This document shows, one piece after another, positions 10,088-20,278 of a DNA stretch of 55,905 nucleotides. A program made the position numbers and the translations under genes. The stretch lies in sequence record SRR2962707_3760; one strand, 5' to 3'. The notes beneath the pieces are model-generated. The model saw nothing but the letters and a program-made list of their open reading frames with translations. It had not been told where the DNA came from and searched no databases. Numbering within the stretch: position 1 is the first letter of the stretch; every line of letters starts with the position of its first letter.

Positions 10088-11113
10088 TTATTTTACAAAA
10101 CGCTGTGCTAAAAGAAACGAGGTTATTTCAGGCGTCGGCGAAGTCGATACGTCAATCATCAAAAAATCACCTGCTTTTTGATGAATAATCGAATACTTAT
10201 ATTCGCGTTTATCCCAAGATACGGCGTCACTCTCTGTGGCGTTTGGTGCAAAGCCATCTGTTTTATCACTCGCCAAAGGCAACACCGCTAAGGTGTTTTC
10301 TTTGCCAGCGACTTGCGTCAAGCCAGCGTCTGCCAACTGCGTTACTAACGCATCTTGAACATTGGTTTTTGGCTTTAAGTGAATCGCCAATAAGCCACGG
10401 TGGTCGATCCACACATGGAATGGGGCTTTACTGCCTTGCTCTGACAGGGAAACAGACTGTTTATTAAGCTGTCTTGCCATATCACCCCATAACCGCAGCG
10501 TGTCAGCATACATGTCATTTCGGGTCGTCGGGCTTAACCAATCCGTGACGGCTTCACCGCGATCTTCTACACGGTATTGCACAGCAACAAGGGTGCCCTT
10601 TTCAGAACTGGAGAAAGAGAATGAGAAGACGATTTGCTCAGGGAAGTCACGCGATACATGACTCCACATTGAAGCCCACCATCCCTGCTTAATAAATTGA
10701 AACGGCACACTGACAATTTGCTTGTCAGTGTCGCTGGCAATGGATTCACCATCACCGTGCAAGGCCATAAGAAAATCTTTTACCATTTTCTTCGATTGCA
10801 CAAGGTTCGCCGGCACATCAAGCACCACACGGTTTGCTTTCATTATGACATCAATTTTTGCCATTGGATAAAAGACAAAGGTGGCTCTAGGTACTGTGAA
10901 TTTAGAACCCGGCTCAACACTTGCTATCTGATTTTCATGCGGAATGACCAAATCATCACGACTGCTCAAAGAGCCCGCAGGCGCCTGTAACACCACCGAA
11001 TTGACCGTGTCATTACGGTAATCATCCGAGTTGTCTTTTAAGCCTGTGCTACAACCAGATAACACAGAGACCAGTGCGCCTATACCCGCTAACTTGATCG
11101 TTGTTTTATTCAT
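10088..11113 (-). CDS. bamC: Outer-membrane lipoprotein, BamC/NlpB-like (divergent)
   Basis: Lipobox LSGC; conserved dapA-bamC-purC position; sequence itself only weakly recognisable. Confidence 0.7.
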   Translation of the reverse strand: MNKTTIKLAGIGALVSVLSGCSTGLKDNSDDYRNDTVNSVVLQAPAGSLSSRDDLVIPHENQIASVEPGSKFTVPRATFVFYPMAKIDVIMKANRVVLDVPANLVQSKKMVKDFLMALHGDGESIASDTDKQIVSVPFQFIKQGWWASMWSHVSRDFPEQIVFSFSFSSSEKGTLVAVQYRVEDRGEAVTDWLSPTTRNDMYADTLRLWGDMARQLNKQSVSLSEQGSKAPFHVWIDHRGLLAIHLKPKTNVQDALVTQLADAGLTQVAGKENTLAVLPLASDKTDGFAPNATESDAVSWDKREYKYSIIHQKAGDFLMIDVSTSPTPEITSFLLAQRFVK

Positions 11114-11991
11114 AGAGAAAGGATTCCTGCTTGCACCATCGCTTGTTTCACCGCTTCGTGGTGCGCTTCTGAAAGCACCGTCAACGGCAGACGAATGCTG
11201 TTTTCACAAAGACCAAGCTGAGCACACGCCCATTTAACCGGAATAGGGTTAGACTCAACAAACAGATTCATATGCAGTGGCGCAATACTCTGATCCATTG
11301 CATAAGCGGACTCCGCATCACCTGCTAGCGCAAACTCTGCCGCTTGCGATACGGCTTTAGGGGCAACGTTTGCCGTCACGGAAATGTTCCCTTTAGCGCC
11401 TAATAACATCAAGGCCACTGCGGTTGGATCATCGCCAGAATAAACCGCGAATTCCTCTGGAAGTGATTTAATTAAGGCTTCGCCGCGTTCTAGGTTACCG
11501 GTCGCGTCTTTAATACCCACAATGTTTTTCACAGAGGCAAGACGCACAACGGTTTCATTTTGCATATCGCAAGCGGTTCGACCGGGAACGTTGTACAAAA
11601 TTTGAGGAATTTCTACCGCTTCAGCGATCGCTTTAAAATGCTGGTAAAGCCCTTCCTGAGTGGGTTTGTTGTAATAAGGTGTCACCAACAAACAAGCGTC
11701 CGCTCCAGCGTCTTTCGCCGCCTGAGTAAGATCAATGGCCTCATGGGTGGCATTGGCACCGGTACCGGCAATGACGGGCACTCGACCGTTAACGGTTTTA
11801 ATGACTTGTCGGATGACATTGGAGTGTTCTTCAGGCGTTAACGTGGATGACTCGCCTGTCGTACCCACTGCAACAATGCCGTGGGTTCCTTGTGCAATAT
11901 GAAACTCTATAAGATCATCTAACTTCTTTGAGTCCACCGCTCCATTCGATGTCATAGGGGTAATGAGAGCGACTAAACTACCTGTGATCAT
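11110..11991 (-). CDS. dapA: 4-hydroxy-tetrahydrodipicolinate synthase
   Basis: GTTGES, PYYNKP, YNVPGRT, GIKDAT and NPIPVK. Confidence 0.97.
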   Translation of the reverse strand: MITGSLVALITPMTSNGAVDSKKLDDLIEFHIAQGTHGIVAVGTTGESSTLTPEEHSNVIRQVIKTVNGRVPVIAGTGANATHEAIDLTQAAKDAGADACLLVTPYYNKPTQEGLYQHFKAIAEAVEIPQILYNVPGRTACDMQNETVVRLASVKNIVGIKDATGNLERGEALIKSLPEEFAVYSGDDPTAVALMLLGAKGNISVTANVAPKAVSQAAEFALAGDAESAYAMDQSIAPLHMNLFVESNPIPVKWACAQLGLCENSIRLPLTVLSEAHHEAVKQAMVQAGILSL

Positions 11992-12186
11992 TTCGAGCCT
12001 CCAATAAAATAATAAGCGAACATATAGTACCGTTCAGGCTCTAGTTTAACAATATTGCAGACCTGTAAAGCGCGAGTAAATTACAAGGAAGCCTTGTTTC
12101 GTGAGGATTTTTCCCACATCTCTTGATAAGCTAATAATATTGAAGCTTTTTTCATGACTAAACAGTGCCATATCGGAGAGCAAAAC

Positions 12187-12633
12187 ATGACACCAAAAAT
12201 AGGCCAAAGCGCGCCAGACTTTTTAGCAAAAGACCAACACGGTGAAAATATCACCTTAAGCCAGTTCCGTGGCAAGAAAGTCATTCTGTATTTTTACCCG
12301 AAAGATTCTACGCCTGGCTGTACCGCACAAGCGTGTAATTTGAGAGACAACTACGAAACCTTACTTGAAAAGGGCTTTGTCGTTTTGGGCATCAGCACCG
12401 ACTCAGAAAAACGCCACCAGAACTTTATTGCTAAAAATGAACTGCCATTTAGCCTAATTTCAGACCCTGAACACCTAGTACACGACCTTTATGACACTTG
12501 GCGATTAAAGAAATTCATGGGCAAAGAATACATGGGCACGGTCAGAACGACCTTTGTGATTGATGAAGACGGCGTGATCAGCAACATTATTGAAAAAGTA
12601 AAAACCAAAGATCATACCGCACAGATCATTTAA
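12187..12633 (+). CDS. bcp: Thioredoxin-dependent peroxiredoxin Bcp
   Basis: YFYPKDSTPGCTAQAC and RTTFVID; start set at ATG 12187 after GGAGAG. Confidence 0.93.
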   Translation: MTPKIGQSAPDFLAKDQHGENITLSQFRGKKVILYFYPKDSTPGCTAQACNLRDNYETLLEKGFVVLGISTDSEKRHQNFIAKNELPFSLISDPEHLVHDLYDTWRLKKFMGKEYMGTVRTTFVIDEDGVISNIIEKVKTKDHTAQII

Positions 12634-12690
12634 GAACGCAGGCTGAAAACAGAGCCTTTTCCTGATGCTTTTTTTCGCCCCGACTTCGCC

Positions 12691-13677
12691 TTAAACACCA
12701 CCACGAATAAAGCCTTTTACCTCATCGTAGTAATAAGCTTTCAAGAGCGCATGCACGTCATCACTTAACGGCGCTAAATCTGATGCAGACGCATTGCGCA
12801 TCACCTGAGACGCACGACTTGCTCCAGCAATCACACTCGACACTTGAGGATGATCTAAAATCCAACGCAAGGACACGTCTAGAATATTGTGCCCTGCAGG
12901 CAATCTAGTTTTCAGCTCATCCACCAAGGCCACCCCTTTTGCAAACGGCAACCCATTGAAGGTCTCGCCAACATGAAACGCCGCACCGTCTTGGTTATAA
13001 GAACGATGATCTTGTTTATCGAATTGGTCATTGACGGTCATTTTTCCCGCCAACAAACCACTGGCCAAAGGCAAGCGCACGATAACACCAATGTTATTTT
13101 CTTCAACTTGTGCAAACAACGCATCAACCGCATCCTGTCGGAACACATTGAATAAGATCTGCAGACTGGCCAATTCAGGGTTTGTGCAGCAAAACTGCGC
13201 TTCATCCAAGAGCTCTACACTGGCACCGAAATGCTTGATAATCCCCTCTTTTTTAAAATCTTCCATCCAGGCCAGCATATCACCAGAAAACAGAACATCT
13301 CGCGGCACACAGTGCAACTGCGCCAAATCAATCGTGTCTACACCCAAACGCTGAGCAGAGGCTTGTAAACTCTGCTTCACCGCCACTTTGCTGTAACCAT
13401 TCGGGTAAAGCTCAGCACTGCGGCCGACTTTAGTGGCAACAATCGGCGGCGTTGCTAACGAACGACACCAAGCACCAATTCTGGACTCACTCAAGCCAGA
13501 ACCATACACATCCGCGGTGTCAAAAAAACGCACACCAGAGTCCAATCCCGCTTGCAAAATAGCACGCGCTTCTGCGTCTTCCACTGGGCCAAAATCATTG
13601 CCCAATTGCCAACACCCCAAACCAATTTCCGACACTTGATAGCCTGTCTTGCCCAATACTCTTGTTTTCACACTCAC
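12691..13677 (-). CDS. Aldo/keto reductase
   Basis: IGLGCWQLG, FDTADVYG, ATKVG, DLAQLH and PLASGLLAGK. Confidence 0.92.
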   Translation of the reverse strand: MSVKTRVLGKTGYQVSEIGLGCWQLGNDFGPVEDAEARAILQAGLDSGVRFFDTADVYGSGLSESRIGAWCRSLATPPIVATKVGRSAELYPNGYSKVAVKQSLQASAQRLGVDTIDLAQLHCVPRDVLFSGDMLAWMEDFKKEGIIKHFGASVELLDEAQFCCTNPELASLQILFNVFRQDAVDALFAQVEENNIGVIVRLPLASGLLAGKMTVNDQFDKQDHRSYNQDGAAFHVGETFNGLPFAKGVALVDELKTRLPAGHNILDVSLRWILDHPQVSSVIAGASRASQVMRNASASDLAPLSDDVHALLKAYYYDEVKGFIRGGV

Positions 13678-13754
13678 TCCAATGTCTCGTTATGATGAAT
13701 TCCTCTACTATACGAGCCTTGTTAATGTTTATAATTATCAATTCAATTAACGGT

Positions 13755-13775
13755 TTGTTTATTAAGGCTTAACAA
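13755..13775. promoter_or_regulatory. Putative LysR operator (T-N11-A dyad)
   Basis: TTGTT-N11-AACAA next to the LysR start, in the divergent intergenic region. Confidence 0.55.
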
Positions 13776-13776
13776 T

Positions 13777-14667
13777 ATGACGTCAGGTTTTCCAGATGGC
13801 ATCCGTGAGTTTCTTGCCGTCGTCGAGGAGCAAAGCTTTTCCAAAGCCGCCGAACAACTCGGTTTATCCCGTGCACGAGTGTCGCAAATCATCAGCCGCT
13901 TAGAAAAAGACATGGGGGTTCAATTACTCTATCGCTCCACCCGCTCGCTGTCCCTCTCTCCGGCCGGAGAGACTTTTTATCAGCTTTCAAGGCAAGGCAT
14001 TGACCAACTTGAGCACGCCGTTCAATCTGCGCAAAATGCCAACACCAGCCTCAGCGGCAACATACGCATTAATGCCGTGGGAGGGTTATTTGGCGAAAAG
14101 ATACTCTCCCCTCTACTTTTGCGCTTTATGCAAGAAAACCCGCACATTGAAATTGACCTTAGCTTTTCCAGCCCCAGAGTGGATTTAATCGAAGCACAAT
14201 ACGACTTGGTGATTCGCATGGGCACACTGGAAAACTCGAATTTGATCGGCCGCAAACTGACGAATTACAGCAACCATTTGGTGGCGACGCCTGATTTTCT
14301 CAACAGCATAGGCAAGCTCACCCACCCCAGAGCCTTACTTGATCAGCCGCTCATCAATGGCTCTGTTAAACGCTGGTCATTTACACACAAGATAAGCAAA
14401 GAAAAATACGAGTTGCCGGTGCAAGGCAAATTAAAATGCGCTAATGGCCATGTCGCTAAGCTGGCCGTACTCGCGAGTGCAGGACTAAGCCGACAACCCT
14501 CCTATTATGTCGAGCAGGAACTCGCCTCAGGTCAGCTTGTTGAGCCCATGCCCGATTGGCAACTTCCCTCATCCGACGTCACAGTGCTGTATCCGCAATC
14601 AAGCAACACCAGCTTAAGAGTGAAAGCGCTGGTGAATTATCTAATCGACGCTTTTAAGAACCATTGA
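13777..14667 (+). CDS. LysR-family transcriptional regulator
   Basis: SFSKAAEQLGLSRARVS HTH, LLYRSTRSLSL and DLVIRMG; divergent from the AKR gene. Confidence 0.93.
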   Translation: MTSGFPDGIREFLAVVEEQSFSKAAEQLGLSRARVSQIISRLEKDMGVQLLYRSTRSLSLSPAGETFYQLSRQGIDQLEHAVQSAQNANTSLSGNIRINAVGGLFGEKILSPLLLRFMQENPHIEIDLSFSSPRVDLIEAQYDLVIRMGTLENSNLIGRKLTNYSNHLVATPDFLNSIGKLTHPRALLDQPLINGSVKRWSFTHKISKEKYELPVQGKLKCANGHVAKLAVLASAGLSRQPSYYVEQELASGQLVEPMPDWQLPSSDVTVLYPQSSNTSLRVKALVNYLIDAFKNH

Positions 14668-14687
14668 GCCTCTGACTCTCCAGCAAC

Positions 14688-14722
14688 AAAAAAGCCCGCC
14701 TCATTCAAAATGAGACGGGCTT
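14688..14722 (-). terminator. Intrinsic terminator after queF
   Basis: Minus strand AAGCCCGTCTCAT-loop-ATGAGGCGGGCTTTTTT. Confidence 0.8.
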
Positions 14723-14759
14723 GTTAGCATCCAGAGTACTCAATGCACGATGGCAAAAA

Positions 14760-15581
14760 CTACTGACGCGTCAATCTATCATTGCCCAACACGATCGGCG
14801 TAGACGCTCGGTACGGATTAATATCCAAACCACCGCGACGCACATAACGAGCGTAGACAATCAAACTTTCTGGTTTGCATTGGCGCATAATATCAATATA
14901 AATACGCTCAACACATTGCTCATGAAAGTCCGTGTGCTCACGAAATGAGATAACGTATTTCAACAGCTGTTCGTGATCAATTTTAGGCCCTTTATAATCA
15001 ATAAACACAGAGCCCCAATCAGGCTGATTGGTCACTGGGCAATTTGATTTTAACAGGTGGCTAACCAATCTTTCTTCAACCACGCCAAGGGATTCATCAA
15101 CGGCCAACAAGTCAGCGTTAGGGTGGTATTCTTCCACCTCGACATCCAGCTCATCAATGCAATAATCCGGCGTTAAAACCACAAGCGCAGACATGGAGTC
15201 AACATCCCGTAACATCACGGTCACTGGCGCTCCAGCGGCGTTTGATAAATCCTTTTCTAGTAAGGATTGCACATCCGCCAATGACTCATAACGCATTTGA
15301 TTTAATGAATTCAAATAGAGTTTAAACGACTTGGATTCAATAATATTTGGCGAGTTATAAGGCAAACGAAACTCCGCCAAAGCCACAATGGGCTTCCCTT
15401 TTAAATTTAACCAAGACACTTCATACGCATTCCAAATGTCTTCGCCAAAAAAAGGCAGACGCTGCGCCTCGATATTCATTTCAGCCCATTTATCAACCCT
15501 AGCGATAGGGTAAAGCAAGTCAGCATCGTATTCAGACACATAGTCTGTTTGCTGACCCAAGGGTAAAAAACCCATATTCAA
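14760..15581 (-). CDS. queF: 7-cyano-7-deazaguanine reductase (long form)
   Basis: IESKSFKLYLNS, LKSNCPVTNQPDW, FHEQCVE and RRGGLDINP. Confidence 0.96.
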   Translation of the reverse strand: MNMGFLPLGQQTDYVSEYDADLLYPIARVDKWAEMNIEAQRLPFFGEDIWNAYEVSWLNLKGKPIVALAEFRLPYNSPNIIESKSFKLYLNSLNQMRYESLADVQSLLEKDLSNAAGAPVTVMLRDVDSMSALVVLTPDYCIDELDVEVEEYHPNADLLAVDESLGVVEERLVSHLLKSNCPVTNQPDWGSVFIDYKGPKIDHEQLLKYVISFREHTDFHEQCVERIYIDIMRQCKPESLIVYARYVRRGGLDINPYRASTPIVLGNDRLTRQ

Positions 15582-15585
15582 TTCC

Positions 15586-16359
15586 TCAGTTACGAATGCC
15601 TCTGCCCTTATTCAGCAAATGCAAGCCAAATGAGAACAGTACGACGATAAACACACAAACAATAACCAGAGCCCAATATACATTGATATCCGATACACCA
15701 AGAATCCCGAAGCGGAACGCATTCACCATGTATAAAACAGGGTTGAGCAATGACAAGTTCTGCCAAAACTCGGGCAACAAATGAATAGAATAAAAGACAC
15801 CGCCTAGATAGGTTAATGGTGTCAAAATAAAGGTCGGCACAATAGACACATCATCAAAACTGCGCGCGTAGATGGCATTCACAAAACCGCCTAACGAAAA
15901 CATGATTGCAGTTAACAGCACAACGATTACGGTCAAAAACACATTATGCAGGGTCAAATGAGTGAAAAACAGCGACAACACAGTCACGATCAGACCAACA
16001 AATAAACCGCGCGCAACACCACCCAGCACATACCCCAACAAGATCACCCAGTTCGGGGTTGGCGACACCAACAGTTCCTGAATACTGTGCTGAAACTTAG
16101 CCGAGAAAAAGGAAGAGGACACATTAGAGTAAGAGTTAGTTATCACCGACATCATGATCAAGCCTGGCACAATGTACTGCATATAACTGAAGCCATCCAT
16201 TTCACCAATTCGGCTACCAATAAAGTGCCCAAAGATAGCAAAATACAAAGACATAGTAATCGCTGGCGGCAGTAAGGTTTGCGGCCAAATGCGCATAAAA
16301 CGGCGAATTTCACGACGAAGTATCGTATAAAACGCGATAAATATTTCAGAATTTTTCAT
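15586..16359 (-). CDS. yadH: ABC-2 permease, YadH-like
   Basis: RIWPQTLLPP, YSNVSSSFF and PLTYLGGVFYS. Confidence 0.88.
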   Translation of the reverse strand: MKNSEIFIAFYTILRREIRRFMRIWPQTLLPPAITMSLYFAIFGHFIGSRIGEMDGFSYMQYIVPGLIMMSVITNSYSNVSSSFFSAKFQHSIQELLVSPTPNWVILLGYVLGGVARGLFVGLIVTVLSLFFTHLTLHNVFLTVIVVLLTAIMFSLGGFVNAIYARSFDDVSIVPTFILTPLTYLGGVFYSIHLLPEFWQNLSLLNPVLYMVNAFRFGILGVSDINVYWALVIVCVFIVVLFSFGLHLLNKGRGIRN

Positions 16360-16364
16360 TCAGC

Positions 16365-17279
16365 TTAACCCTTAATAAGTTTGACGAAGAGCTCTTCAAG
16401 TCGGTTCGATTTATTGCGCATGCTCAACACATTAATCCCGTCTTCATCGAGCGCTTTAAACACCACATTTAATGGCCGCCCTTTAATCACCTCAACTTCA
16501 ATGGTAGTCGCATCGTTTACCACCTCGATAGCGTAACCTGGAACACGCCAGTCTTGTGCCACACTTTTATCCAAATCTAGGATGAAGGTTTCTTGATTAA
16601 GCGTTTTTAATAGAGCCTTTACACTGGTGTTTTCAACAATTTCACCGCTATTAATAATCGCAATGTTGCGACAAAGCTGCTCCGCTTCTTCTAAGTAATG
16701 CGTGGTCAAAATAATCGTTGTGCCCTGCTCATTTAACGCCTTAATAAACTCCCACATAGAGCGGCGCAATTCGATATCAACCCCTGCGGTTGGCTCATCT
16801 AGGATCAACACTTCAGGCTCATGAATCAAAGCGCGTGCGATCATCAAACGGCGCTTCATACCACCTGACAACATACGAGATTGGACGTCTTTTTTGTCCC
16901 ATAAACCCAGCTGTTTCAGATATTTTTCAGCACGCTGTTCAGCCACACTTTTACTGATGCCATAAAAGCCTGCTTGGGTAACAACCACATTGAAAACCGA
17001 TTCAAAGACATTGAAATTAAATTCTTGTGGTACAACGCCTAAATATTTTTTCGCTTTGGCAAAGTCATCATCAATGTCTGCACCAAAAATAGACACACGA
17101 CCTGACGTTTTGTTAACCAAGGAACACAAAATACCAATAGTGGTCGACTTGCCGGCACCATTTGGGCCAAGCAATGCAAAGAAGTCGCCTTTTTCTACTT
17201 TTAAATCGATACCTTTAAGCGCCTCAAAACCACCATCGTAGCGTTTTTTTAGGTCACTTATTTCGATTGCATATGTCAT
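16365..17279 (-). CDS. yadG: ABC transporter ATPase, YadG-like
   Basis: GPNGAGKST, VPQEFNFN, LSGGMKRR and NRLEELF. Confidence 0.88.
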   Translation of the reverse strand: MTYAIEISDLKKRYDGGFEALKGIDLKVEKGDFFALLGPNGAGKSTTIGILCSLVNKTSGRVSIFGADIDDDFAKAKKYLGVVPQEFNFNVFESVFNVVVTQAGFYGISKSVAEQRAEKYLKQLGLWDKKDVQSRMLSGGMKRRLMIARALIHEPEVLILDEPTAGVDIELRRSMWEFIKALNEQGTTIILTTHYLEEAEQLCRNIAIINSGEIVENTSVKALLKTLNQETFILDLDKSVAQDWRVPGYAIEVVNDATTIEVEVIKGRPLNVVFKALDEDGINVLSMRNKSNRLEELFVKLIKG

Positions 17280-17340
17280 AATTATGAGTCTCGTTAGGCT
17301 ATCGCCAACTTAATCGTTATTTATTTGAATAGGTTTTTTT

Positions 17341-17748
17341 GTGGAATCACGCAATCAATATATTTTTAATGCATGCACAGAGTTACGTCAGCGCATTTCA
17401 GAACACTTTCCATTTGATCAGGCCGACTTGGCGGAAGAAGAAATCGATTTTCTGGAAAAGTGGGATCAACTTGTTCTAAACATTCAGGCCAACGACACTC
17501 AGTACGTATTTGATGGCCAAGAGCTGCTTGCTCGCTTCATTCGCTGTTACGCTAATTTAGTACCACTTATTAAGCGAGAGCTATTGTGGTTTATAGGCGG
17601 TGAATGCCTACATTTCTTAGGCGATGAAGAAATTGCACTATACCAACAACTAGAAGAACACCTCTACGAGTTAGATAATCAAGAAAAAGAGTACAATATC
17701 GCGGAACAAATCAGCCTATTGAGAGGCGACTCAACACAAATACATTAA
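17341..17748 (+). CDS. Conserved hypothetical protein (PA2817-family-like)
   Basis: RELLWFIGGECLHFLGDEEIALYQQLEE resembles the family core (recalled, not searched). Confidence 0.7.
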   Translation: MESRNQYIFNACTELRQRISEHFPFDQADLAEEEIDFLEKWDQLVLNIQANDTQYVFDGQELLARFIRCYANLVPLIKRELLWFIGGECLHFLGDEEIALYQQLEEHLYELDNQEKEYNIAEQISLLRGDSTQIH

Positions 17749-17785
17749 TGGCCTAATCAGGGCAGATAACTCTGCCCTAAAACCA

Positions 17786-19027
17786 TTATGGCATTTTCTT
17801 AAAAACCAAGGTTCCGTTGGTGCCACCAAATCCAAAAGAGTTATTCAACACCACATCAATTTTACGTTTCTGCGGTGTAGAAGGCACATAGTTAAGGTCA
17901 CAACCCTCACTAGCCTCTTCCAAATTAATCGTCGGCGGCGCCACTTGATCACGAATAGCCAGCACAGAGAAGATAGATTCAACCGCCCCTGACGCTCCTA
18001 ATAAATGACCAATCATCGATTTCGTTGAACTCATCGCCACATCAGACGCGTCCGCTCCCATCAATGATTTAACCGCTTGGCTCTCTGCCAAATCCCCTAC
18101 TGACGTAGAAGTCCCGTGAGCATTGATATAATCAATGTCCTGGGGAGCAATTTTTGCATCTTTCAATGCCGCAGACATGGCTGACAAAGCGCCTTCACCC
18201 GTCGCCGGAGGCGCCGTCATGTGATGCGCATCATCACTCATACCAAAACCTGCCAACTCAGCGTAAATAGTCGCACCACGGGCTACCGCGTGCTCATATT
18301 CTTCTAGCACTAGAATGCCCGCACCGTCTCCCATCACAAAACCATCACGGTCTTTGTCCCATGGTCGACTGGCTGTTTTAGGGTCATCATTACGCGTAGA
18401 CAAGGCTCTTGCTGCGCCAAAACCACCAATACCAAGTGGAGTGATCGCCATTTCAGCACCGCCGGCTATCATGACATCAGCGTCACCATAGGCAATCATG
18501 CGACCAGCCATGCCAATATTATGCGTACCTGTTGTACAAGCGGTTACGATCGAAATATTCGGCCCTTTAAAGCCAAAACGTATCGCGACATGACCAGAAA
18601 TCATATTAATGATCGCACCAGGTACAAAAAAAGGTGAAATGCGCTTAGGACCAGACTCATTAAGTAAGTGAAGATTTTTTTCGATCATTGGCAAACCACC
18701 AATGCCCGAACCAATCGCACAACCTACCCGAGTTAAATCGGCCGTTTGCCCATTGAGATTTGCATCTTCTAATGCCTGTACTGCTGCAGCAATACCATAT
18801 TGAATGAAGAGATCCATCTTGCGAGCTTCTTTAACACTCATATATTGAGTGGCATCAAAGCCTTCAACCTGCGCCGCAAAACGGGTGGAAAATTGGCTGG
18901 CATCGAACGAAGTGATATCAGAAACACCACTTTTGCCTTCCAATACGTTATCCCACGTATCTTTCACATTGTTGCCAAGGGGTGTCACCATTCCCATTCC
19001 TGTGACTACAACCCGACGACGAGACAT
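17786..19027 (-). CDS. fabF: 3-oxoacyl-ACP synthase II
   Basis: [22 protein letters not shown] and NSFGFGGTN. Confidence 0.97.
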   Translation of the reverse strand: MSRRRVVVTGMGMVTPLGNNVKDTWDNVLEGKSGVSDITSFDASQFSTRFAAQVEGFDATQYMSVKEARKMDLFIQYGIAAAVQALEDANLNGQTADLTRVGCAIGSGIGGLPMIEKNLHLLNESGPKRISPFFVPGAIINMISGHVAIRFGFKGPNISIVTACTTGTHNIGMAGRMIAYGDADVMIAGGAEMAITPLGIGGFGAARALSTRNDDPKTASRPWDKDRDGFVMGDGAGILVLEEYEHAVARGATIYAELAGFGMSDDAHHMTAPPATGEGALSAMSAALKDAKIAPQDIDYINAHGTSTSVGDLAESQAVKSLMGADASDVAMSSTKSMIGHLLGASGAVESIFSVLAIRDQVAPPTINLEEASEGCDLNYVPSTPQKRKIDVVLNNSFGFGGTNGTLVFKKMP

Positions 19028-19074
19028 AGGATTCCTCCAGAAAACCGCCCTGCTATACAGGGACTTAATAATAA

Positions 19075-19108
19075 GAAAAGCCGCTGTAACGAATACAAGC
19101 GGCTTTTC
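19075..19108 (-). terminator. Terminator or stabilising hairpin after acpP
   Basis: GAAAAGCCGCT...AGCGGCTTTTC inverted repeat between acpP and fabF. Confidence 0.7.
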
Positions 19109-19131
19109 GGGAAACTCAATTCACCAAGGAA

Positions 19132-19365
19132 TTACAAGTTAGCGTTGATGTAGTCGTTCGCTGCTTGTACTGTAGTGATTTTTTCAGCTTCTTCATCAGG
19201 AATTTCAGTATCAAATTCCTCTTCAAGAGCCATAACCAACTCAACAGTGTCTAGGGAATCTGCACCCAAGTCATCTACGAAAGATGCTGAAGATACAACT
19301 TCTTCCTCTTTAACACCAAGCTGTTCGCAAACGATTTTTTTAACGCGTTCTTCAATGCTACTCAT
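19132..19365 (-). CDS. acpP: Acyl carrier protein
   Basis: [20 protein letters not shown]. Confidence 0.98.
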   Translation of the reverse strand: MSSIEERVKKIVCEQLGVKEEEVVSSASFVDDLGADSLDTVELVMALEEEFDTEIPDEEAEKITTVQAANDYINANL

Positions 19366-19501
19366 TAGAAGTTCCTACTCTACTCGTTAATAGCTCATTT
19401 TGAGCGTATTGTAATGTTCGACTACCTAAACTAAAAGGCGTGATTCTCAACATGAACCGGAGACGTATTTTCGTTGAATTAAATATAAAATTCAACTCAA
19501 A

Positions 19502-20248
19502 TTACGACATATACATGCCACCATTGACATGTAATGTTTCTCCAGTGATGTAACCTGCGCCATTTGACGCTAAAAATGCAACAGCTGCCGCAATTTCTTC
19601 TGGTTGACCAAGACGTGAAGCTGGTACTTTCTCTACCAATTTCGCTTTGTGCTCTTCAGGAAGCACCTTGGTCATGTCCGTTTCAATGAATCCTGGAGCA
19701 ACACAGTTTACAGTGATGCCACGAGATCCAATTTCAGCCGCCAATGAGCGACTAAATCCTTCCAACCCTGCTTTGGCTGCGGAATAGTTTGTTTGACCAC
19801 CATTCCCCATAGAACCCACAACAGAACTGATGCTTATGACACGACCGAATTTTGCCTTGGTCATGCCACGTAAACAAGCCTTTGTAACACGAAAAACTGA
19901 AGAAAGATTGGTGTTAATTACTTGATCCCACTCATCTTCTTTCATTCGCATCATTAGATTATCACGAGTAATGCCTGCATTGTTAACCAAAATAGTTGGC
20001 GCACCATATTCAGCATTAATTTCTTTGATTACCGCATCGACAGAGTCAGCTGATGATACATCCAGCACCCATCCTTTGCCGTTCTCACCCAAATACTCGC
20101 TGATACTTTGCGCACCAGATTCGCTCGTTGCCGTACCAATAACCGTTGCACCCTGCTCAACAAGAGCAGAAGCAATCGCTTTACCAATACCACGAGTCGC
20201 ACCAGTCACTAGGGCTATTTTGCCTTCCAGACTCATCATTGTCTCCAA
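19502..20248 (-). CDS. fabG: 3-oxoacyl-ACP reductase
   Basis: TGATRGIG, NNAGITRD, YSAAK and VAPGFIETDMT; true start probably one of the MM codons. Confidence 0.96.
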   Translation of the reverse strand: METMMSLEGKIALVTGATRGIGKAIASALVEQGATVIGTATSESGAQSISEYLGENGKGWVLDVSSADSVDAVIKEINAEYGAPTILVNNAGITRDNLMMRMKEDEWDQVINTNLSSVFRVTKACLRGMTKAKFGRVISISSVVGSMGNGGQTNYSAAKAGLEGFSRSLAAEIGSRGITVNCVAPGFIETDMTKVLPEEHKAKLVEKVPASRLGQPEEIAAAVAFLASNGAGYITGETLHVNGGMYMS

Positions 20249-20278
20249 TTTTCCGACCTAAACGTATACAAATATTAA

